Source: Hypanus sabinus
Lineage: Eukaryota
DNA: 64,000 nt
Direction of reading: 5' to 3'
NCBI RefSeq assembly: GCF_030144855.1
Contig: NC_082712.1
Location: forward strand, 13,454,001-13,518,000
Part shown: positions 1 through 11,519 of the stretch, one piece after another
How the letters are laid out: each line of letters starts with the position of its first letter
Position numbering within the stretch: the stretch's first letter is position 1
Position numbers and translations under genes: made by a program
Notes under the pieces: model-generated
The model's input: only the letters and a program-made list of their open reading frames with translations
What the model was told of the DNA's origin: nothing
Database searches by the model: none

Positions 1-94
1 AAATGTCAAACGGGTTTTGTGGCTCCCAGTGTTTTCTTTTCTGTGGGAAACAGGTCCAAATGGCTCTTTCAGTGGTAAAGGTTGCCGGCCCCTG
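1..94 (+). mobile_element. 3' end of a hAT DNA transposon (second copy of the element at 48905-51591), cut by the window edge
   Basis: 91/94 nt identical to 51498-51591; ends in TIR GGTTGCCGGCCCCTG; followed by CCCTAAGC, a candidate 8-bp TSD with central TA. Confidence 0.92.
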
Positions 95-1212
95 CCCTAA
101 GCGCTGGTGAAATATAGATGGGGAATTATGGAACCCCTGTGGTAGGGTAGTCCACGTACACTGCTGTCTCTGAAGGGCAAGTGCAAACTTGACCATGACC
201 AAAACCCATTATTTATGTTTAAAACTGAACCATTGTGCTCTTTCATTCTGTTTGAACACTATTTCCGGGTTAGTTGCTACAGTTGGGGCTGTTAACCGAG
301 TCACTTTATTTACCTCTCGATAATCAACCTCCAACTACCATCTGGTTCCCTCACGGGCAATATGGGTGAGTTATTTGTGGAGGTTACTGGCCTCAGTACC
401 CCTTGTTGCACCAAACTCTGTATTCCCTTGCCTACATCTTCCTTTGCTTTTTTGGAAACTCATATTGGTTCGGTGCTTTGGGGTCTGGACCTTGGATGCA
501 CACTCTGCCGGCTATCTTTCCACAGTCATGCTTGTGTCTTGCAAATGCCCCCGAGTTCTGTGCAATAATTTACTGCACCATCTGATCATTGCTCATCTCC
601 CCCGGTTTTATCCACATTTCGTCCATTGTGCAGATTCTATCCAATATTCTCCTGCCGGGATCTGTATGTGGTGTATGTTATTCATGACAGTTGGCATCTG
701 CTAAATCATACAATTAACTGGATCAAAACAAAGCCCCACTTTGGCCAAGTAATCAGTCCCCAGTATGTGTTCCCGCTCCCTGGGTAATTCCACCAGCACT
801 GTTGAATGTTTCGATGCTATGTCTCCTATCCTTAATTCCAAAGTCACACTCACACGTCCCACTTGTGGATGTCTGAGAATCCAATGAGGATAACTCTACC
901 TTGTATCTCCCAATTTACGTTATTTACATTAGTGGTGTTGACGGTGGTTCGGGATCCTCCAGTGTCCCATAAAAAGGTAACAGGGTGGCCTCCGACCCTA
1001 CCAATCACTGGAGGTCTTCTGGCTTCATCCCACCTTGCGTCACACCCATGTTGGTGAGGCCTGACACCATCATTCTGGCTCAGGGTACAATTCCCTGGAC
1101 GGTGGTGTCTCTACCATGTTATTTTGTGGGCTCCATCTTTCTGGCCCCTCCAAGAGCAAACTGCATTGCTCTGCTCTTTCTCATCTCAGGTTTGGACACT
1201 CTCTCTTCCACA
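95..1212 (-). pseudogene. Endogenous retrovirus gag end, protease and RT N-half (degraded, frameshifted)
   Basis: Minus-strand translation gives protease VTFLWDTGGSRTTV (DTG at 966-958) and ILGTDYL, then RT motifs PNQYEFP, GVLRPVTSTNNSPILPVREPDGSWR, DYREVNK, NGFWS and TWTTLPQGFHNSPSIFHQRL (LPQGFHNSP at 145-119). Confidence 0.85.
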
Positions 1213-1219
1213 GTTTCAG

Positions 1220-2762
1220 AGAGACAGACAGACAGACATACTTTATTGATCCCGAGGAAAATTGGGTTTCGTTACAGTCACACCAACCAAGAACAGTGAA
1301 GAAATATAGCAATATAAAACCATAAATAATGAAATAAAAATAAGTTAATTATGCCAAGTGGAAATAGTTCCAGGACCAGCCTGTTGGCTCAGGGTGTCTG
1401 ACACTCCGAGAGAGGAGGTGTAAAGTTTGATGGCCACAGGCAGGAATGACTTCCTATGACGCTCAGAGTTACATCTCAGTGGAATGAGTCTCTGGCTGAA
1501 TGTACTCCTTTGCCTAACCAGTACATTATGGAGTGGATGGGAGACATTGTCCAAGATGGCATGCAACATGGACAGCATCCTCTTTTCAGACACCACCATC
1601 AGAGAGTTCAGTTCCACACTCACAACATCACTGGTCTTACGAATGAGTTTGTTGATTCTGTTGGTGTCTTCTACCCTCAGCCTGCTCTCTCAGCATACAA
1701 CAGCAAACATGATAGCACTGGCCACCACAGACTTGTAGAACATCCTCAGCATCGTCCAGCAGATGTTAAAGGACCTCAGTCTCCTCAGGAAATAGAGACG
1801 GCTCTGACACTTCTTGTAGACAGTCTTAGTGTTCTTTGACCAGTCCTGTTTATTGTCCATTCGTATCCCCAGGTATTTGTAATCCTCCACTATGTCCACA
1901 CTGTCCCCTTGAATGGAAGCAGGAGTCATCAGTGCCTTAGCCCTCCTCAGGTCCACCACCAGCTCCCTAGTCTTTTTCACATTAAGCTACAGATGATTCT
2001 GCTCACACCACATGACAAAGTTTCCCACTGTAGCCCTGTACTCAGCCTCATCTCCCTTGCTGAATCATCCAACTATGGCAGAGTCATCAGAAAACTTCTG
2101 AAGATGGCAAGACTCTGTGTTGTAGTTGAAGTCCAAGGTGTAGATGGTGAAGAGAAAGGGAGACAGGACAGTCCCTTGTGGAGCCCCAGTGCTGCTGACC
2201 ACTCTGTCTGACACACAGTGTTGCAAGTACTGTGGTCTGCCAGTCAGGTAATCAATAATCCATGACACCAGGGAAGCATCCACCTGCATCACTGTCAGCT
2301 TCTCACCCAGCAGAGCAGGGCGGATGGTGTTGAACAAACTGGAGAAGTCAAAAAACATGACCCTCACAGTGCTCGCCGGCTTGTCCAGCTGGGCATAGAC
2401 ATGGTTCAGCAGGTAGATGATGGCATCCTCAACTCCTAGTTGGAGCTGAGAGGCGAACTGGAGGGGGTCTAAGTAGGCCGGAGCTGCTCTGGAACAAGTC
2501 TCTCCATGATGTGGGAGGTCAATGCCACCGGTCTGTAGTCATTGGAGCCACTGGGGTGCGGCGTCTTCGGTACAGGAACTAGGCAGGACATCTTCCTCTG
2601 GAGACTCAGGCTCAGGTTGAAGACATGGTGAAGTACTCCACATAGCTGGGGGCACAGGCTTTGAGAACCCTGGGGCTGAAACCATGCGGGCCTGCAGCCT
2701 TGCTTGGATGGAGACGTTTCAGCTGTCTTCTCACCTGTTCAGCTGTGAAGCCCACCATGGTG
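1220..2762 (-). mobile_element. 5'-truncated Rex1/Babar-type LINE inserted into the ERV gag
   Basis: RT peptides MFFDFSSLFNTI, GAPQGTVLSPFLF, FSDDSAIVG, YKYLG; (TCTG)n-like tail at 1220; 7-bp TSD GTTTCAG at 1213-1219 and 2763-2769. Confidence 0.88.
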
Positions 2763-2769
2763 GTTTCAG

Positions 2770-3720
2770 GTGAGGGAGGGGTGTAGTCATGAGAGCAGGG
2801 TGGGGGGCTGTGAGGAGGGGTAGGAGAGGTATAGCATTTGAATATTCCACCTTCAGTTCTCCCTGTTCCATTTCCATTGCCCTTCCTTGCCCCTTGATAG
2901 GGTGGCAGGGAAGCCTTCGAGGTGTGTCCCCCACCCTCATTTCTCTAGACAGGTGCCCGACTTTTAACAAGCATCACCTTCCCATTAGGGAGTTCAGATG
3001 GTCTCTGTATCTCCTTTTCCCTCGCTCTACACATTTTCCTCAGTGACCGTGCCTCAGTATGTGTGGGTTCAGAAGGATCAAACATTTCCAGTGCCTTTTT
3101 AGATTCAACGGTATATTGAGACGCCAGTATCCACAACCGTCTAAATGGCCACACTCTACTGCTGTTCCTACACTCCTTGGAACACAGTCCATAAATGGGA
3201 AGCAAATGCAATGGGATGTTCCCCTCTCCTCCGGTAAAATCTGTCCAGTGCGTTGACTGGGTCCCCTCTGTTAACACCCTTAGCAGTCAATATTGCGTTC
3301 TTCTGTTCCCCACCATCTCACTGTAGATCCGGCAAAGCCGAGTGAATATTTGGATGGGACACATTATAATCAATCTCCTTTCCTTGAAGTTCTCTCTGAT
3401 GGCTAATTGCTTGGAAAAGATCTTGAGTATCGTCTCTGAGCACACGTGTCCTGATATCCTCAGCAATATCTTTAAGTTGCTGTACACTGAACAGTGTGGT
3501 GTATGTTACAGTCTGAGTTTGATTTGCTGTCCTGCTCCCTCCTCTCTGATAGTAACGAGGGGTGCCAATCGTGCAGACAGTAGCACCGGCTCCCGTTGGG
3601 AGGGTGTCGGTGGGAGTTCCTTGGGAAATGTTGTTTTGTAATTATCGTAACTGTACCCAGTAGCTTCTCCAGCTAAATCATGCCAATCACTATGTCCATA
3701 TTCATGTTCCCCCCGTTGGG
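2770..3720 (-). pseudogene. Endogenous retrovirus gag fragment (capsid region)
   Basis: Minus-strand peptide with ARLAPLVTIREEG and an MHR-like GEHPIAFASHLWTVF (3224-3180); same strand as, and collinear with, pro-RT once the Rex1 insert is removed; several stops. Confidence 0.62.
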
Positions 3721-3739
3721 ACTGGGTTTGCTCTGAGGT

Positions 3740-4072
3740 GAGATCAGAGGGAGACTGGCTTTGTTTTCTGGAGTGACTGAGGTGTGATCGGAGAGTTAGG
3801 TTGTACTGATGAGAGACTGTGGAGAGATCACAGAGACTGGGTTTGTTCTGAATGAAGATCGGACAGACTGGGTTTGGTCTGAGGAGAGATCGGACAGACA
3901 GTGTTTGGTCTGAGGGGAGATCAGACAGACTGGGTTTGGTCTGAGGGAGATCGGACAGATAGGGTTTGGTCTGAGGGGAGATCAGACGGACTGGGTTTGG
4001 TCTGAGGGAGATCGGACAGACTGGGGTTGGTCTGAGGGAGATCGGACAGACTGGGTTTGGTCTGAGGGGAGA
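3740..4072. repeat. Minisatellite, ~30-31 bp unit GAGATCGGACAGACTGGGTTTGGTCTGAGG(G), about 10 copies
   Basis: Direct tandem repeats visible, decaying leftward. Confidence 0.9.
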
Positions 4073-4406
4073 TAATGATAATGACCAATTCGTTTCACAG
4101 CTGAAAAGACTGAACTTGCCTTTTGGGGATGTGGTAAATGAGGAAGTAGCTGGAAATATCTCCTCTTTTATAGTGGTAGGAAGAACAACACAGAACTATC
4201 AGTGACTTGGGCAGGATTATGTTACAGATTCGCTTTAACTGTCAGATATTCATCGAAATAAAGAGTTTCTTGTGTCACAGACAGAGATATACCACATCGA
4301 GCCAAGATGCACCCAGACAGGGTGCTGTCTATGGTGTTTGATAACTCTGGCCTTGTACAATACTGAGAGGCTTAGATAGATTTGACATGGAGAGGGTGTT
4401 TCTGAT

Positions 4407-4851
4407 TGTGGGGAATTCTTGATGATTGAGCTGTGAACAATAACTTTATTAACAGACTGTAAAATAACAAGCCACGGGGGTGGGGGCACAAAACGAGTGA
4501 GACTGAAACTGAACACAACAGGCAACAAGGTCAACTTTAGGCAGGTAGATTGAGGACTGGGAGCAACTATTTGAGGTCAGCTCGTTCGATGAGTGAACAA
4601 GGAGTGTGGAAGGGAGCTGGGTTGAAATAGGCTGCCGGTGACGATTCTGGAACGATCGGCAGGTGAATCCTATTGGCTGGGTAGAGATGCGAAGTGCCTG
4701 AATGTGCAGGCTGGGGTTGTCAATGTGAGTGAGCCTGACACTTTGATCTGCCCTAAACTTGTTGGTCACCCAGAGAAACGAGATGTTCAGTACCTCAGTT
4801 GGAGGGCTGTCCGGTGGGGAAGCCCCTTGAACAGCCTCGAGGCCACTTACA
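4407..4851 (-). mobile_element. LTR-like element (probable solo LTR)
   Basis: Minus strand starts TGTAAG and ends CCACA, with CCAAT, a TATA-like CCTATTTCAA and AATAAA in LTR order; TSD imperfect (TGAT/TGAC); no PBS. Confidence 0.4.
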
Positions 4852-5160
4852 TGACAGTGGTGGTATAATTGCTAAAGATTGGTGAACACTAATTAATGAC
4901 CTGAATATAAAGATTTTGTAGCTTCCTTGTTTGTATATATTTTTAATACGTATGAGGGATCTCAAAAGGGTTTTGAAAACCACCTCTATGTCTACATGTG
5001 TGTGGGGTGTTTCTAATGATTATGTTAACCTGTTGATCTTCTTTGCAATTCAGGGCATTGCAAGAGGGGAGATCAACAGATCGATGTTTCAACCTTACAA
5101 TTTGAAACGATGCTTATTCAAGCTCACCCAACTCAAGAACCACCAGACCTCTGCCCACCT

Positions 5161-5164
<4 letters not shown>

Positions 5165-5238
<74 letters not shown>
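5165..5238. repeat. (GA)n microsatellite, about 37 units
   Basis: Perfect dinucleotide run. Confidence 0.98.
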
Positions 5239-5240
<2 letters not shown>

Positions 5241-5659
5241 TAGTGCAAAGGCCTTCACCAGCCACACCCCCTGACTCAATGTTTCAATCTTTTGCAACGG
5301 TTCAGTTGGTGACACTGCCAAGAAACCCAGTCCACAGGAGCTGTGCAAGACCACAGCCCAAAGATACACGTCTTTCAGGCCACTCCTGGAGATATCAAAA
5401 ATGGGCAGTCAGCAAGCTCTGGGAGCTGGAACCCACTGCCGTGAAGAACTGCAGTTTGAGTGCAGTCGGAGATCATGGACTCCGACAGGACTCCTTCACC
5501 CTTGAAAAGGGAAAAAAGAGATTGGAATTTGAGCTCTTTTGCAGACAAGCTCAAAGAAGTCATTCTCTGGCACCATCTAAGTTCCTCTTTCTGGTTGTCA
5601 CTATTGTAACCAATATTGTAACATGAACGTGTGATCTCTGGTGTGACTAACTTCTGTAA

Positions 5660-6252
5660 TTCACAGTGGAGAGTATGTGGACTGGTCACATCATGACCTG
5701 GTATGGAAACCCCAATGCCCAAGAACCAAAAATCCTACAAAGAGAGCTGGGTACAGCCCCGTCCATCACAGGAGGTGCCCTCCCCACCATTGAACACATC
5801 TACAAGGAGCGCTGCCACAAGAAAGCAGCTTCCATCATCAAGGACCCCCAACATCCAGACCATGCTCACCTCTCACTGCTGCCATCAGGCAGGAGGTACA
5901 GGTGCCTAGGACCCACACCACCAGGTTCAGGGACAGTTATGACCTCTCAACGATCAGGCTCCTGAACCAGAGTGGAATGCTTCATTCACCTCAGCACTGA
6001 ACTGATTCGACAACTATAGACTCACTTTCAAGGAATCTGTAACTCATGTTCTCAGTATTACTTAACTCATTTTTTTGCCCAGTTTGTCTTTTTTTGCATA
6101 TTGGTTGTATGTCTGTCTTTGTTTGTGTGTAGTTTTTCATTGATTCTATTGATTTCTTTGTTCTACTGTGAATGCCTGGAAGAAAATGAATCTCAGGGTA
6201 GCGTCTGGCCACATATTCGTACTTCGACAATAAATTCACTTTGAACTTTGAA
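5660..6252 (+). mobile_element. Rex1/Babar LINE 3' fragment
   Basis: Peptide [12 protein letters not shown]...LLPSGRRYR, then a 3' UTR ending AATAAATTCACTTTGAACTTTGAA. Confidence 0.8.
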
Positions 6253-6699
6253 CCTCTAAGGAAGAGATCGATCAGTTAGGACGTGAAAGGACCTGTAGAC
6301 AAAGTTAATGAGCAAATGAGTTGTCTGGCTTGTGACTTACAAATAACAAAAATACCAATAAAAACCAGGCCGATTACAAATAATCAGAAGGGAACTGAAA
6401 ATCAGAAGAGAGACAGTAAGAGTTTACAGTATTCTTACTCTTCACAGACATCCATGAAAAAAACAGAAGAAGGAAATTATGTAAAATGTTAGCCCCCAAA
6501 GCCCCCCACCCCCTCTACTCCAAAGCAGCCACAAAACATCAACCCTTTCCCCTGTCACTTGTTCCAACAGGAAGGAACAGCCCTCAACAGTGGGATTAAC
6601 CCACTAAATGTGTGTCTTTAGAGTGTGGGAGGAAACTGGAGGAAACCCCCGCGGTCACGAGGCCAACGCAGAGTGGGAAGCGTTGCTCTCTTGTAAAAA

Positions 6700-8780
6700 G
6701 TGAAACAAAAACATTAGAAAGAGGTGGCAGAGGGTCGGAAGGTGTTGAATCATTGTGGATAGAACTAAGGAACTGCAAGGGTCAAAACGGCCTGATGGCA
6801 GTTGTATACAGACGCCCAAACAAAGGTAAGGACATGGCCTACAAATTACACTGGGAGTTAGAAAATGAATGCCAAAAGGGCAATGTTACAATAGTTATGA
6901 GGGAGTTTAATACGCTAATAGAGTGAGAAAATCAGGTTGGTGCTGGATTCCAGGAGGAGGGATTTCCAGGGTGCCTACGAGATGGCTTTTTACATCAGCT
7001 TGTCGCTGAGCCCACCAGAGGATCATCTATTCTGGATTAGGTATTGTGCAATGAACCAGAATTGATTGAGAGCTTAAGGTAGAAGAACCCTAAGGTACAA
7101 GTGATCATAATATAATCAAATTCACCCTGAAATTTGAGAAGAAGAGGTGGAAGCCAGATGTATCAGTATTCCAGTGGAGCAAAGGGGATTACAAAGGCAT
7201 GAGTAAGGAGATGGTCAGATTTGATCGGAAGGAGCTTAAGAAGGAAATTAGGAGAGCCAGAAGGGGCCATCAGAAGGCCTTAGCGGGAAGGATTAAGGAA
7301 AACCCCAAGGCATTCTACAAGTATGTGGAGAGCAAGAGGATAAGACGTGAAAGAAAAGGACCTATCAAGTGTGACAGTGGGGAATTGTGTATGGATCCAG
7401 AGGAAATAGCAGAAATACTTAATGAATACTTCAGTGTTTACTATGGAAAAGGATCTTAGTGATTGTAGTGATGACATGCAGCAGACTGAAATGATTGAGC
7501 ATGTAGATATTAAGAAAGAGGATGTGCTGGAGCTTTTGGAAAGCATCAAGTTGGATAAGTCGCTGGGACCAGACAAAATGTACCCCAGGCTACTGTGGGA
7601 GGCAAGGGAGTTGATTGCTGAGCCTCTGGCGATGATCTTTCAATCATAAATGAGGATGGGAGAGCTTCTAGAGGATTGGAGGGTTGCAGATGTAATTCCT
7701 TTATTCAAGAAAGCGAGCAGAGATACCACAGGAAATTATAGACCAGTGAGTCTTGGATCAGTGGTTGGTAAGCTGATGGAGAAGATCCTGAGAGGCAGTA
7801 TTTATGAACATTTTTATAAGTGACCTGGATGAGGAAGTGGAGGGGAGGGTTAGTAAATTTGCTGATGACTCAAAGGTTGGGGGTGTTGTGGATAGTATGG
7901 AGGGCTGTCAGATGTTACAGTGGGACATTGATAGGATGCAAAACTGGGCTGAAAATGGCAGATGGAGTTCAACCCACATAAGTGTGAGGTGGTTCATTTT
8001 GGTAGGTCAAACATGATTGCAGAATTTAGTATTAATGGTAAGACTCTTGGCAGTGTGGAGGATCAGAGGGATCTTGGGGTCCGAGTCCATAGGAAGCTCA
8101 AAGCAGCTGCGCAGCCGACTCTGTTGTTAAGAAGGCGTATGGTGTATTGGCCTTCATCAGTCATGGAAGTGAATTTAGGAGCCGAGAGGTAATTTTGCAG
8201 CTATATAGGACCCTGGTCAGACCCCCACTTGGAGTACTGTGCTCAGTTCTGGCCGCCTCACTGCAGGAAGGATGTGGGTACCATAGAAATGCTGCAGAGG
8301 AGATTTACAAGATTCTTACCTGGATTGGGGAGCATGCCTTATGAGAATAGGTTGAGTGATCTCGGCCTTTTCTCCTTGGAGCAACGGAGGATGAGAGGTG
8401 ACCTGATAGAGGTGTACAAGATGATGAGAGGCATTGATCGTGTGTGTGGGTAGTTAGAGGCTGTTTCCCAGGGCTGAAATGGTCGCCACAAGAGGACACA
8501 GGTTTAAGGTGCTGGGGAGTAGGTACCACGGAGATGTCAGGGGTAAGTTTTTTGCTCAGAGAGTGGTGAGTGTTTGGAATGGGCTGCCAGCAACTGTGGT
8601 GGAGGCTGATATGATAGGGTATTTGAAGAGGCTTTTAGATAGGTACAAGGAGCTTAGTAAAATAGAGGGCTATAGGTAAGCCTAGTCATTTCTAAGGTAG
8701 GGATATGTTCGGCACAACTTTGTGGGCCGAAGGGCCTGTATTGTGCTGTAGGTTTTCTATGTTTCTATGTTTCTACAATT
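6700..8780 (+). mobile_element. CR1 LINE ORF2 fragments through the 3' end
   Basis: [45 protein letters not shown] peptides with frameshifts and internal deletions. Confidence 0.9.
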
Positions 8781-8789
8781 AGAAAATAA

Positions 8790-10500
8790 GACCATAAGAC
8801 ATTGGAACAGAATTAGGCCATTCTGCCCATTGCGTCTGCTCCATCATTCAATCATGGTTGATACTTCTTGTTCCCTCTTCAGCACTTCTACCCAGCCTTC
8901 TCCCAGTAATCTTTCATGTCATGGTGAATGAAGAACCCACCAATCACCGCCTTAAATACATCCAACATCCTGGTCAGCACAGCTACCTGTGGTTATAAAT
9001 AACACAAATTCATGATCCTCTGGCTGAAGAAATTTCTCTGCACATCTGCTTTAGATGGACACACATCTATCCTGAGGATGTGCCCTCTTGTCCTAGACTC
9101 CCCCACCATGGGAAACATCCTTTCCACATCTACTCTGTCTAGGGCTTTCAACATACTAAAGGTTTCGGTGAGATTCCCCTCATCCTTTTTAAATTCCAGC
9201 GAATACAAGCCCAGAGTCATCAAATGTTCCTCATATGATAACCACTTCATTCCAAGAATCATCCTTGTGAACCTCCTCTGAAGAGTCCCCAATGCCTGCA
9301 CATCTTTTCTTAGATAGGGAGCCCAGAGCTATTCATAATACTCAAGGAGAGGCCTCACCAGTGCCTTATAAAGCCTCAGCATCACATCCCTGCTCTTGTA
9401 TTTTAGACCTTTTGAAATGAATGCTAACATTGCATTTGCCTTCCTCACCACTGTCTCTACCTGCAGGTTAACCTTTAGGGTGTTCTGCACAATGACTCCC
9501 AAGTCTCTTTGCATCTCAGATTTTTGAATTTTCTCCCTGTTTAGAAAATAGTCTGCACATTTATTTCTTTTACCATGCCCATACATTTACCAACATTGTA
9601 TTTCATTTGCCAATTTCTTGCCAGTTTTCCTAACCTGTCTAAATCCTTCTGCAGCCTTCCTGTTTCCTCAGCACTATCTGTCCCTACACCAATCTTCATA
9701 TCATCTGCAAATTTAGCAACACAGCCACTATTCCATCATCTAAATCATTTATATACAGCATAAAAGGAAGCAGTCCCAAATCCAACCCCTGTGGAACACC
9801 ACTAGTCACTGGTAGCCAACAAATAAAGAATCTTTAATTTCCACTCTCTTCCTCCTACCAATCAGCCAATGCCCTAAACATGTCAATAGCTTCCCTGTAA
9901 TACCATGGCTCTTAACTTGGTAAGCAGTCTCACGTGTGACACCTTGTCAAAGGCCTTCTGAAAATCCAAATATACAATATCTACTGCATCCACTTTATCT
10001 ATCCTACATCTAATCTCTTCAAAGAATTCCAAAAGGTTTGTCAGGCAAGATTTTCCCTGAAGGAAACCATGCTGACTTTGTCCTATCTTGTCCTGTGTCA
10101 CCAAGTACTGCATAAGCTCATCCTTAACAATTGACTCCAACATCTTCCCAACCACTGAGGTGACGATAAATTGTCTATTGTTTCCTTTCTGCTGACTCCC
10201 TCCTTTCTTAAAGAGTGGAGTGACATTTGCAATTTTACAGTCTTCCAGAACCATGCCAGAAATATCATTACAAATGCCTCTGCAATCTTTACCATTACCT
10301 TTCAGAACCCTTGAGTGCAGTTCATCTGGTCCACGTGACTTATGTATCTTTAGGTCTCTCAGCTTTTTGAGCATCTTCTCCCTGATAATAGTAATTGCAC
10401 TCGCTTCTCTTCCCTCACACTATCCAACACCTGGCTCAATGCTAGTGTCTTCCAAAATACTCATTTAGTTCACCTGCCATCTCCTTACTATCTCTCTGGC
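8790..10500 (-). mobile_element. CR1 LINE RT and 3' fragment
   Basis: [43 protein letters not shown]. Confidence 0.9.
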
Positions 10501-10899
10501 CTCATTTTCTAGTGGTCCTGTATCTACTCTCATCTCTCTCTTATGTTTTGTGTACTTGAAAACAGCTTTTTCTATCCACCTTGATACTGTTTGCTAGCTT
10601 GCTTTATATTTCATCTTTAACCCCTGATGACTTTTTTAGGTATTTAAAAGCTTCCCAATCCTCTATCTTCCTGCTCATTTTTGCTTTCTTGTATAAGGTA
10701 ACACTTAATTTATCCCAAAGGAAATTATTGTTGCAAGGTTGCTCAGTCAGAAATATAATCTTAAAATACAAAATGTAAGCATTGGGATATTAAAAAATAC
10801 AAAATGTGCATTAAAAATTAACAGCGGAAAATACAGATGAACAATGCAGCCAGATACTAATATAGTTAAGGAGCTGGATTTGTAGAGACTTAGAGCCAG

Positions 10900-11510
10900 A
10901 GGGAGAAAGGATCTCCTGTGGCATTCAGTGATTCACCTCGGTGGAATCACTCTGTTACTAAAGGACCTCCTTTCTTTGTCCCATATGTCATGGAGGGGTG
11001 AGAGGGATTGTCCATAATGCTCCGTAGCTTCAGCATAATCCTCCTCTCAGACAGCCACCAGGGGATCCAGTTCCACACACAGAACAGAACCAGCCTTCCT
11101 AGCAAGCTTATCGATCTTCTAAGCATCAGCTGCTCTCACCCTGCTGCCCCAGCGACCACAATGCAGAGTAGAATGCTGGCCACCACTGAGTTGTAGAAGA
11201 TCTGCAGCAGAGGACTGTAGACGTTGAATGACTGGAGCCTCCTGGGGAAGTATAGTCGGCTCTGTCCCTTCTTGTACTGAGCTACTGTAGTTTTAGTCCA
11301 GTCCAGTTTATTGTCCATGTGAGTTCGCAGGAATCTGTAGTCTTGGACGACCTCCACACCTGTTCCCCTGATGGAGATGGGGATGCAGGGTGCTTTCGCC
11401 TTCCTGAACTCCACCACCAACTCGTTTGTCTTGGTGATGTTGAGCTGCAGGTGATCCAGCCCACACCACTCAACAAAGTTGTCCACCACTCCTCTGTACT
11501 CAGCCTCTTG
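10900..11510 (-). mobile_element. Rex1/Babar LINE 3' fragment
   Basis: LQLNITKTNELVVEFRK, KKGQSRLYF. Confidence 0.85.
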
Positions 11511-11519
11511 CCCTCTCTT

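Noticed and set aside
4407-4851. This LTR as the 5' LTR of the ERV
   Set aside because: No primer-binding site follows it; a CR1 fragment and a minisatellite lie between it and gag.
4931-5626. 231-aa ORF ending in a GPI-signal-like hydrophobic tail
   Set aside because: It is kept open by the (GA)n run (ERER..); the 3' part after a possible acceptor at ~5358 matches no family I recognise and may be LTR-derived.
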